A stretch of 64,000 bases of DNA, taken from assembly GCA_045588735.1 (NCBI GenBank), contig JAZNET010000029.1, positions 12,983-76,982 of the forward strand, written 5' to 3'. Shown piece after piece: positions 54,963-63,090 of the stretch (its first letter is position 1; each line of letters starts with the position of its first letter). The notes under the pieces were generated by a model, which saw only the letters and a list, made by a program, of their open reading frames with translations, was not told the DNA's origin and did no database searches. The position numbers and the translations under genes are program-made. This DNA is from Acutalibacteraceae bacterium (GTDB taxonomy: Bacteria > Bacillota > Clostridia > Oscillospirales > Acutalibacteraceae).

Positions 54963-56117
54963 TTAGCAAATGAATTCTGTAAAACGAGTTGCACGGCGGG
55001 GGAATGCCTTGAAAAAATCTTCGGCATTGTTTTTAAGCTCGACACCGTCAATAAACAGAGCGGTTTCTGCAGTAAGACCTTCACCTGCAAGGAGTAATCT
55101 TGCAGCGGCAGGTGGGGTGAGAGCTATATCGTAATCACCGCTGTCTCTTTTGGTGACGGTGGCCCTGCCGTTTTCATATTCAACGTCAAAAATGCCCTTG
55201 TTTTCGTTAAGCTCGTCAAGGCTTAATATGCTGAATTTACCGTGCTCCTTTGGGTAAGAGTTGTTTTCAAGCAGTTTTTTAAGGTTGTAAATTCTTGCTG
55301 CAATGCCACCTGTGTATTCATAGCTTGCATTATCTGTTCTGTCGGCAAAGCAGGAAAATGCGGAGCCTAAGTACTGTTTTTTTACGACAAGAGTTTTTAC
55401 TAAGCCGTCATAGTTTCTCAAAAAACCAATAATCTTTATAAGAGCCTCTGGGGTTAAAGTGAACAATTCTTCTGCAATAAGCTCGTCGGGGCGCTTTACG
55501 GTAAAACGCACGTAGCCGTCTATTTCACCTGACTTGTTACGGCTAAGGTACGTGTAGTCTGCGCTTTCAAGAGGCGTGCTGCAAAATTGTTCCTTGCGTT
55601 CCCTTAAAGTCATAAGGTTTTCTTTAAGCGCACATTTGTTGTAAAACTCACACAGCTCGTTAAATTGCTCGCCGTTATAGAGCTCAACATTATTGTAACG
55701 CTCTACATGAGAAAGACTGCTGAAAGGTATTTTTACCGAGAATGCGCGGTTGAGGTTTGCAAAGCCGAATTTTTCGTAGCAGGAAATAGCAAAAGGTGAA
55801 AGAAAGCCGAGAATTACGTCATTTTTTGCAGCAATTTCAGCCACCTTGTCAAAGAGCGCTCTTACACCGCCCGTTCTGCGGTTTTCGGGCTGACTGCAAA
55901 TGCCGTCAAGAATTATTGCATTAACAATGTTACCGCAATAGTTGCATTTGTGGGTGTAAACCTCGGCGCCTGCAATAAGCTTTCCGTTATGAAATGCACC
56001 AAGAACAGGCATATCTACCTTGTTGTCTACCTCTTTGTCAAACTTCCATATAAACGATGCAGCAGAAACCTTAAGGTAGTCCGACGCCTCCTCAGGTTTT
56101 ATAAATCTTACTTCCAT
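54963..56117 (-). CDS. Eis-like GNAT acetyltransferase with C-terminal SCP2-like domain
   Basis: 384 aa. The N-terminus has a GNAT fold (RRTGGVRALF). The length and C-terminal region (RLLLAGEGL...) are typical of enhanced-intracellular-survival-type acetyltransferases. Confidence 0.65.
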   Translation of the reverse strand: MEVRFIKPEEASDYLKVSAASFIWKFDKEVDNKVDMPVLGAFHNGKLIAGAEVYTHKCNYCGNIVNAIILDGICSQPENRRTGGVRALFDKVAEIAAKNDVILGFLSPFAISCYEKFGFANLNRAFSVKIPFSSLSHVERYNNVELYNGEQFNELCEFYNKCALKENLMTLRERKEQFCSTPLESADYTYLSRNKSGEIDGYVRFTVKRPDELIAEELFTLTPEALIKIIGFLRNYDGLVKTLVVKKQYLGSAFSCFADRTDNASYEYTGGIAARIYNLKKLLENNSYPKEHGKFSILSLDELNENKGIFDVEYENGRATVTKRDSGDYDIALTPPAAARLLLAGEGLTAETALFIDGVELKNNAEDFFKAFPRRATRFTEFIC

Positions 56118-56140
56118 AAAGCTATTCTCCTAAATAATAA

Positions 56141-56323
56141 TTATGTTAAAATAATATTTCTATTTTTCTCTGCTAGTTCTTTCATATAACCATTTAAACT
56201 GAAGAAAACGAAATGCTCATTTTCTTCGGTACCATAGTTTTTGTGTAAATGACCGTGGAGCGTAACATAAAGTTTTATAAAAAAGGAATAAAAGAGAATG
56301 TCGTTTGATTCGTAGAAATTCAA
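56141..56323 (-). CDS. 60-aa hypothetical ORF, start overlaps stop of the upstream 558-aa gene
   Basis: ATGA overlap at 56320-56323. The ORF is AT-rich, shows no recognisable motif, and may be a gene remnant. Confidence 0.3.
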   Translation of the reverse strand: MNFYESNDILFYSFFIKLYVTLHGHLHKNYGTEENEHFVFFSLNGYMKELAEKNRNIILT

Positions 56324-57996
56324 ACGTTTTCAGATTTTGATAGTTCTTCAAGAAAATTAAAAAGATTATCATCTTTCATAGTTTGATTATTTGGAAATAA
56401 ACTTTTATAAGTGTCAAAAAGCTCAGTCCAGTTTATAATTTCTTTTGAATCATCTTTAAAATGCTCACGCAGTAAGCAAATATTAGACACAAAATTAAAA
56501 CCGTAATATTCGCGAATAGCATCAGGATTATTTGATTTTTTTATGGAATAATTGACGTCTTTGCAAAATGCGCTAATTAAATCTGAAAGTAAAGATAAAG
56601 TGAAAATATTTGTGGTATTAGAATTGTTCTTATAATCAAGACATTTTCTAACAAACCAATTTCTGCACGAATCTTTTCGTTTGTTGAAATTTTCATCTTC
56701 CACGGCAAAAGAATTGTTTATAAGCCAAATCAAATATGTGTAATTGTATTTGTTTTCAAAAGAATCTTTTGTGAGAAGGTGTAAAACAATATCGCCACAT
56801 GCATCGCTAGATAATGCTAATTGTCCGAGTACAATTTCTTTGAAGTCTTTAAAATTGCTGTCTGTGTATTGAGCGCTTATATCAACACATTTTTTGTAAC
56901 AATTTTTGTATGCTTCAGTTAAAGAAATAAGATCGAGATAATCAAAAATCATTTTTACATACTCTTCCTGTTTATCCCTATTTATTTCTAAAAATATATT
57001 ATTGATTTTATCGCAGACAGCGAATACACTGTGCTCGTCCATTTCAAGTTCTAACATAGTATCTACTTCATTACCTTCATCTAAATAACTTAGAAATATG
57101 AAAACAAGAGAATTCAATAATAATTCAATTTTTTGATAATAGTCTAATTTTTGGAAAAATTCTTCATCATCAATTAGATAAAAAGAGATATAGGCGTAGA
57201 TTTTATTAAGTTTTTGAGGATTGTTTGTTAGTATTTTATCGATTTGTGTATCCATTAAAAGTTTTATTAAACCAGGTAGTTTTCCTGCTGATTCTTTTAA
57301 TAAATGCATAATCAAAGAATCTAAATGTAAGGAATCGGGTTTTTGCGATTTTATATATATAAGTAAATTTAAATTTTCTAATACAGTATCAATGTTCTTT
57401 TCTTCAATTTGTTTTAATGTATAAGCGTTTAATTTGTATATTTTCTTGTTTAGTGCTATAGCATTATTATCTTTAATGAGTCCATCGATTTCTTTTATGC
57501 TTTTTTTTGCATATTTATCTCGTTTGAAATAGATTAAAGTCATTCTGTTGAATAGTATTACTATTGTAATTATACTGCATATTGTGCTGGTGATTAACCA
57601 AATGCCGGCAAAGTTAGGGAGGGTGGTTAAAAAAAGTGATAAAACAGAACTAAAACCAAATGTATAAGCTAATATAGATAGATTGTAAAAACTTAACCCT
57701 TTTGGCTCGATTAAAACTTCTTTAACTAAGTCTTTCCAATACAAAATATTTGAGTTGTCGGATAATACAGATAGTAATGAAGTTGTTAAAAATACTATAG
57801 ATACATTTGCGATTACTATACTACAATACAACTCAAAATTTTCGCATAGGGATACATTCAAAGTGAATTTGTCGGTTAAAATGACTTTTAAAAGAGATGA
57901 AAACACAATTGATAAAAGCCATACCACAAAATCATATATATAAATTTTATAGCCAATAGAACTTAAGTTGGTTTTATTTATTTTTATATTTTTCAT
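56320..57996 (-). CDS. AT-rich orphan membrane protein (4 predicted TM segments plus about 400-aa soluble domain)
   Basis: Long uninterrupted ORF in AT-rich DNA, where stop codons would be frequent by chance. An AAAGGAGAA SD lies upstream. Four hydrophobic segments fall in residues about 20-150. No known motif was recognised. Confidence 0.6.
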   Translation of the reverse strand: MKNIKINKTNLSSIGYKIYIYDFVVWLLSIVFSSLLKVILTDKFTLNVSLCENFELYCSIVIANVSIVFLTTSLLSVLSDNSNILYWKDLVKEVLIEPKGLSFYNLSILAYTFGFSSVLSLFLTTLPNFAGIWLITSTICSIITIVILFNRMTLIYFKRDKYAKKSIKEIDGLIKDNNAIALNKKIYKLNAYTLKQIEEKNIDTVLENLNLLIYIKSQKPDSLHLDSLIMHLLKESAGKLPGLIKLLMDTQIDKILTNNPQKLNKIYAYISFYLIDDEEFFQKLDYYQKIELLLNSLVFIFLSYLDEGNEVDTMLELEMDEHSVFAVCDKINNIFLEINRDKQEEYVKMIFDYLDLISLTEAYKNCYKKCVDISAQYTDSNFKDFKEIVLGQLALSSDACGDIVLHLLTKDSFENKYNYTYLIWLINNSFAVEDENFNKRKDSCRNWFVRKCLDYKNNSNTTNIFTLSLLSDLISAFCKDVNYSIKKSNNPDAIREYYGFNFVSNICLLREHFKDDSKEIINWTELFDTYKSLFPNNQTMKDDNLFNFLEELSKSENV

Positions 57997-58150
57997 AAGT
58001 TTCTCCTTTATTTTTAGCGTAACAAAAGCTTTAATTGTTAACTATTGTCTAGGTTAGGTAGTTTATCATAATTTGGGGGAAATGTAAAGGTGATTAATTA
58101 TGTTTTCGAGTTTAAGTCGAAGTTTTTGTGTGAATGGAGGGCACACTTAT

Positions 58151-58203
58151 TGGTGCGGGTAGCAGGACTTGAACCTGTACACCTTTCGGCACAAGAACCT
58201 AAA
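58151..58203 (-). pseudogene. tRNA-Leu(UAG) 3' fragment (anticodon loop to CCA), att-type scar
   Basis: Minus-strand reading: TTTAGGT TCTTG TGCCGAAAGGTGT ACAGG TTCAAGT CCTGC TACCCGC A CCA. No 5' acceptor strand, D arm or 5' anticodon-stem strand is present upstream. Confidence 0.7.
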
Positions 58204-58231
58204 GGTCACGCCACCTGGCAACAATATATAG

Positions 58232-58260
58232 AAAAACGCAACTGTTTAGTTGTGTTTTTT
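58232..58260. terminator. 12-bp hairpin flanked by A/T runs (bidirectional terminator-like)
   Basis: AAAAACGCAACT-GTTT-AGTTGTGTTTTT with one G-T pair. It is unclear which transcript it serves. Confidence 0.4.
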
Positions 58261-58334
58261 ATTAAATAAACTAGAATAAAATCAGAAAAAATTAAATTGA
58301 AATATCGAATTTAAGTGTAAAAGCTCAAAATTAC

Positions 58335-58362
58335 TTGAATTTTATATTAAAAAAGTTATAAT
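58335..58362 (+). promoter_or_regulatory. sigma-A-like promoter for the EAL gene
   Basis: TTGAAT, 16 nt spacer, TATAAT, about 40 nt upstream of the ATG at 58403. Confidence 0.45.
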
Positions 58363-58402
58363 GTAATTGTATTTGATATAAAATAAAAAAGAGGCTTCAA
58401 AT

Positions 58403-61306
58403 ATGAAAATTATGTGCAAATTTTTAAGACCGGTTAAATCAATTTGTTGTATTTTATTGTCTTTGATGGTTGCTTTTTTAATAGTTCCGCAAACCGTCTT
58501 TGCTTCAGAAGAAAAGGTGGTAAGAGTTGGTTATGACAGCAACTCTCAGTTTATTAAAGAAAGCGACGGACACTATTACGGATATGGTGTTGAATATCTT
58601 GAAAAAATCGCTGAATACACCGGTTGGAAATATAAATATGTCAAAGATGATAGTTGGCACGATTCGCTTGAAAAATTGCGCAATGGCAGTATCGATTTAA
58701 TTTGTACTGCTCACTATACCGATGAGCGTGCGGCAGAATTTTTATATTCGTCAATGCCTATCGGTTATGAGACATCTATTCTTTATGCAAAAACAGATAG
58801 CAAATATTTCTACCAGGACTACGAAACGATGCAAGGAATTAAAGTAGGGTTGCTTGAAGAAAGTTATTCTGCTTCCGACTTTGAAAAGTATGCAAATGAA
58901 ACGGGAATTTCATTTGAGGCTGTTTATTTTAATAAAGTAAACGAGATGAAGGATGTCCTTAGTAACGGCGGGATTGATATGATGGTGGTTGGTAGCCGTT
59001 ATGCTACTTCAGGGCTTAAGTTAGTTGATATTTCCGGTACTGACCCATTTTATTGTATTACACAAATTAAAAATCAGAATTTAATTAATGAGATAGATGA
59101 CGTTCTTCACAAAATTATGTTAGACGAGCCTTCTTTTGAAGGTAATTTGAGGGCAAAGTATTTTAATCACGAGTCAATAAGCAGTATGCCTCTTTACACA
59201 AAAGAAGAGTTGAATTACATTAAAAACCTTGGAACTATAAAGGTTAAGCTTATTCAGGATCAACATCCATCTTGTTATATGGAAAACGGCGAAACCAAAG
59301 GTATATGGGCAGAGGTTATAAAACTTCTCTCTCAGAAAAGCGGTATCAATATTGTTCTTGAAGGCGGAGATGTTGAAAATTACTCTCAGGAAACCTACAA
59401 GGACTTTATGAACGACGGTTACCTTCTTTTACATACACAAAATGCTTTACAGTATATGAGTGATTTGGACGATACTATTCTTTCGAATTCTATTACAAAC
59501 GTTTCCATTTCATATGTTAAGCGTAAAGCTGCTTTTGTTGAAGATAAATATGTATCCCATATTATTGCTTTAACAAAGGATTTAGCATATTTAGAACCAA
59601 TGCTTCTTGAGGAAAATCCTGACTATGAGATTCAGTATTTTGATGATGCTAAATCCTGCTTTGAAGCGCTTACCGATAAAAAAGTTGGTGTGGTAATTCA
59701 AAATACACACCGTGCAAGTTATTTAATGCAGAAACCTGAGTTTTCAGATAAACTTACGGTTGTTCCGGGGGTTGACCACGGAAATGATGTGTGTTTAGTA
59801 GCATTAGAAGAACAACAGATGCTTATAGATATTATAAATAAAGCAATTCACCACATTACCTACGACGAGATAAACGAAATCGTAAAACGTGAATTGCTTA
59901 TGTCACCGTATCCACTTGAGAATTCTGACTTTTTTTACCAGAACTGGAAATGGATAATTGTTGTAGTTTTAATTTTGTTATTTGCAATAATTGGTTATGG
60001 AATTTTTACAAACAAATTAGCTGATGCAAAAATCCAAAGAAGAGAGTTTGAAATATTACAGAAAAAAGCAAGAGAAGATGAGATTACAGGTCTTTATAAT
60101 CGTTCTTATTTCTATGAAGAAGCAGAGAAACTTATTAAAGAATCAAACGAACTTTTTTATATTATCTCTATGAATATCTGTAATTTTAAGGTTGTAAATG
60201 AGCACTATGGTATGAGTGTAGGTGACCGGTTGTTAAAAGAAATTGGTGCACAGTTGCAAAAATTAGATGTAAATCAACGCATAATTTTTGCTCGTTTTAT
60301 GATAGATAATTTTTATATGTGTATTCCAAAATCTGAGTTTGAAAAAATAGAACTTCCTAAGAATTTTAAAACATTCCTTGATGATATTGATGTTCGAGTA
60401 GTTTACGGTGTATTTTTGGCAGAAGATAAGGAAATGCCTGTTAACGTTATGTGTGACAGGGCAATAGAAGCGACCCGTAACAAAAACTACACATATACGG
60501 AATATATCCATTTCTATGATGATAACGTACGCAAACAAGCTCAGTTAGAACAAGAAGTTGAGTCTGAAATGGAGCAAGCTTTGGCAGAACGCCAGTTCTT
60601 CATAGTTGTTCAGCCCAAATATGATTCGATTACTGAATCAATTGTCGGTGGTGAAACGCTTGTTCGTTGGCAACATCCCAAAAAGGGGCTTGTGTCTCCC
60701 GGTGTATTTATTAATATATTTGAACGCAATGGATTTATTGATCCGCTTGACCATTTCGTTTGGGAAGAAACTTGTCGTTTTCAGTCAGAATTAAAGAAAA
60801 AAGGGATGAAAACTGTTCCTATTTCCATTAATGTTTCACGAATCCACTTCTATGGCAGTGAATTACGTAGTCAGTTCAGAGAGTTGATTGAAAAGTATGA
60901 CTTGGAGCCACACGATATTGAACTTGAAATTACAGAATCACTTTGCAGTGAAGATTCAGGGAAAATTTTCGATACAATTCGTGAACTTCAGGCAGATGGT
61001 TTCAGGATTGCTATGGATGACTTCGGTAGTGGTTACTCATCACTTAATATGTTAAAAGAAATGCCATTGGATATTATTAAACTTGATTTAAAATTCCTTG
61101 ATGGTGAAGGCGACAAGAGCCATGTTATTATGAAAGCGTTAATTGAAATGGCACATACTATGGATTTAGACGTTGTTGTTGAAGGTGTTGAGCTTCTTTC
61201 ACAGGTTGAGTTCTTGCGTCAATTTGAGAATTGCTATTTACAAGGTTATTACTATTCAAAACCGGTACCAACAGAAGTTTTTGAAGAAATGTTGTCTGAA
61301 AACTAA
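58403..61306 (+). CDS. sensor c-di-GMP phosphodiesterase: signal peptide, two periplasmic solute-binding-like domains, TM, degenerate GGDEF, EAL
   Basis: SBP_bac_3-like N-terminal repeats and one TM segment (WKWIIVVVLILLFAIIGYGIF). The GGDEF site reads FMIDNF and DxD reads NICNF, so it is degenerate. The EAL domain keeps ETLVR, N, EITES, DDFGSGYSS, KLD, EGVE and QGYY. Confidence 0.85.
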   Translation: MKIMCKFLRPVKSICCILLSLMVAFLIVPQTVFASEEKVVRVGYDSNSQFIKESDGHYYGYGVEYLEKIAEYTGWKYKYVKDDSWHDSLEKLRNGSIDLICTAHYTDERAAEFLYSSMPIGYETSILYAKTDSKYFYQDYETMQGIKVGLLEESYSASDFEKYANETGISFEAVYFNKVNEMKDVLSNGGIDMMVVGSRYATSGLKLVDISGTDPFYCITQIKNQNLINEIDDVLHKIMLDEPSFEGNLRAKYFNHESISSMPLYTKEELNYIKNLGTIKVKLIQDQHPSCYMENGETKGIWAEVIKLLSQKSGINIVLEGGDVENYSQETYKDFMNDGYLLLHTQNALQYMSDLDDTILSNSITNVSISYVKRKAAFVEDKYVSHIIALTKDLAYLEPMLLEENPDYEIQYFDDAKSCFEALTDKKVGVVIQNTHRASYLMQKPEFSDKLTVVPGVDHGNDVCLVALEEQQMLIDIINKAIHHITYDEINEIVKRELLMSPYPLENSDFFYQNWKWIIVVVLILLFAIIGYGIFTNKLADAKIQRREFEILQKKAREDEITGLYNRSYFYEEAEKLIKESNELFYIISMNICNFKVVNEHYGMSVGDRLLKEIGAQLQKLDVNQRIIFARFMIDNFYMCIPKSEFEKIELPKNFKTFLDDIDVRVVYGVFLAEDKEMPVNVMCDRAIEATRNKNYTYTEYIHFYDDNVRKQAQLEQEVESEMEQALAERQFFIVVQPKYDSITESIVGGETLVRWQHPKKGLVSPGVFINIFERNGFIDPLDHFVWEETCRFQSELKKKGMKTVPISINVSRIHFYGSELRSQFRELIEKYDLEPHDIELEITESLCSEDSGKIFDTIRELQADGFRIAMDDFGSGYSSLNMLKEMPLDIIKLDLKFLDGEGDKSHVIMKALIEMAHTMDLDVVVEGVELLSQVEFLRQFENCYLQGYYYSKPVPTEVFEEMLSEN

Positions 61307-61330
61307 TAGTAAAATAAGAATTATAAAAAA

Positions 61331-61363
61331 ACACCGCTACCGAAATGGATGCGGTGTTTTTTA
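61331..61363 (+). terminator. rho-independent terminator after the EAL gene
   Basis: ACACCGC/GCGGTGT stem with a 13-nt loop, followed by T6. Confidence 0.7.
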
Positions 61364-61585
61364 TTGTTCCCAAAGGCGTGGAACAATAAAAAACAACCTT
61401 AGTATATCTACCAAGGTTGTTGGTGCGGTTGTTCTTAACGGATTCGAAAAAACAAACTTAAAACAACCGACTATCACACATATATTTCTACCTCACCTAA
61501 TCGGCACATTGGTGTTTTCTAAAACAATACATTAAAATGTATATACACGATAAGTTGTATATACAAAAAGAAAGAGAAAATACTG

Positions 61586-61821
61586 ATGTTAAAATTTATA
61601 GAAGAATTTTATTATGGCAATATCGATCCTCAAGCAAGAAGCACCAAAGAAAATAAAGCGGTGCAGAAACAAATGGAAGACTTGATGCTCAATGAAGACT
61701 ATCTGACGGAGAATCAAATCTCGATAGTTTTATTATGGGATTTCGTCTTGGCGCTAATTTCGCATATGATACGTTTATATCCAACGAAGCACCTTTCCAA
61801 GACTTGATGAAGGAGGTTTGA
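61586..61821 (+). pseudogene. DUF6809-like small gene, frame-disrupted
   Basis: The N-part is in one frame (MLKFIEEFYYGNIDPQARS...). The family-typical C-part (SFIMGFRLGANFAYD...) is in the adjacent frame, open from 61696 to the TGA at 61819-61821. Confidence 0.45.
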
Positions 61822-61823
61822 TT

Positions 61824-62201
61824 ATGGATAAGTATATCTATGATGAAAATAATGGCTTATGGTACGAACTTCAAGGCGATTATTACAGTCCTTGCCTAAA
61901 ACTCCCTGATGAGGAACAGGTCGAAATTGGAGTGTGGGAACAGCGACACTTGGAATATATCAAGCATCACCGCAAAGGTTTTTATACTACTTTGGTTTTA
62001 GACTGCAAACTTAATCGCTATCTTGCTGATGTTAACAATCAAGAGGAGGAAATGTTTGATACGCTTATCTCACAATATAAAGCCGTCGAAGGCATCACCG
62101 AAGAACTCAAGGCAACAAATCAGATGGAATGGGTTTGTCGAATGAATAACATACGTAATAGAGCTGATGAAACTATATATGACCAACTAATTTGGATATG
62201 A
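61824..62201 (+). CDS. tnpV: TnpV-like protein (accessory protein of clostridial mobilisable transposons)
   Basis: YIYDENNGLWYELQGDYYSPCL...GVWEQRHLEYIKHHRKGFYTTL...NQMEWVCRMNNIRNRA matches the TnpV family as I recall it. The ATG at 61824 lies 7 nt after AAGGAGG. Confidence 0.6.
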   Translation: MDKYIYDENNGLWYELQGDYYSPCLKLPDEEQVEIGVWEQRHLEYIKHHRKGFYTTLVLDCKLNRYLADVNNQEEEMFDTLISQYKAVEGITEELKATNQMEWVCRMNNIRNRADETIYDQLIWI

Positions 62202-62217
62202 TAATTTCTACGGGGTT

Positions 62218-62249
62218 AAAATATTCCATTTTCAGAAATGGAATATTTT
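62218..62249 (+). terminator. rho-independent terminator after the tnpV-like gene
   Basis: Perfect 13-bp stem AAAATATTCCATT/AATGGAATATTTT with loop TTCAGA. Confidence 0.7.
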
Positions 62250-62334
62250 AATTACTATTGAGCATTAGTAAATCAAGAGTTGAATTTTTTTAAAGAAGAC
62301 AAGCCGATTATTATAGTCGACTTGTCTTTTTGGT

Positions 62335-62363
62335 TTGACAACAATGTAAAATTGTGTTATAAT
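62335..62363 (+). promoter_or_regulatory. consensus sigma-A promoter with embedded palindrome (likely TetR operator)
   Basis: TTGACA, 17 nt spacer, TATAAT with TGT immediately upstream of the -10. The spacer contains ACAAT-GTAAA-ATTGT. Confidence 0.6.
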
Positions 62364-62462
62364 AAGTCGAATTTTGACGAAGGCTTGTTTAAGGCAAGCA
62401 AATTTTTTTAACTCAAAACCAAGCGAGCGCTTGATTAGATGCTTTGTGACAGGAGTGATCCA

Positions 62463-63029
62463 ATGGAAACCGATAGAAGAAAAGAAGTCGTAAACATCTG
62501 CCTCGACCTGTTTGTTGAAAAAGGACTTTATAAAACTTCAACAAGAGATCTTAGCAAAGCATTACAACTTCAAAGTGGCGGCTTATATTATTATTTCCCC
62601 ACTAAAGATGATGTAGTCGTTGCGTGTGTTGAAGCCGCAATAAGAAGACTTGAAGAAGCTTTGATTTTGCCAGTTAAAAAAGAAATAGATAACCCTACAG
62701 AGATGATGAAACGATTGCTTTCAAGGGCAGATGAAATGGCTCCGGTGTATCAATTTGTTGTTACTGTTTGCTCGGATCGGCAGTATCGGGATAAAACAAG
62801 GCCAATTCTTGATGCCTTGGGTGAAAGGTATGTTTATTATTCAGATGTGTTTTCGCAGTTGTTGAACTGCAAAGTTCAAGAACTTACGCCGTTCGTTTAT
62901 ATGAGTATCACTGCAATAACAAACTATATGATTTTCAGAGAAGAATCATTTGTTGCTCCTCAATTAAAAGCCGTACAGCTCAAATTGGAGAGAATCATAG
63001 CTAATAAACAAGACTCGACAGATATGTAA
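62463..63029 (+). CDS. TetR/AcrR family transcriptional regulator
   Basis: N-terminal HTH (FVEKGLYKTSTRDLSKALQLQSGGLYYYFPTKDD). The ATG at 62463 lies 7 nt after AGGAG. Confidence 0.85.
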   Translation: METDRRKEVVNICLDLFVEKGLYKTSTRDLSKALQLQSGGLYYYFPTKDDVVVACVEAAIRRLEEALILPVKKEIDNPTEMMKRLLSRADEMAPVYQFVVTVCSDRQYRDKTRPILDALGERYVYYSDVFSQLLNCKVQELTPFVYMSITAITNYMIFREESFVAPQLKAVQLKLERIIANKQDSTDM

Positions 63030-63090
63030 GTAATTTGGGAAACCGATTATATAAAAACAAACACCTACACGGTGAAAGGAGAAAATAAAA

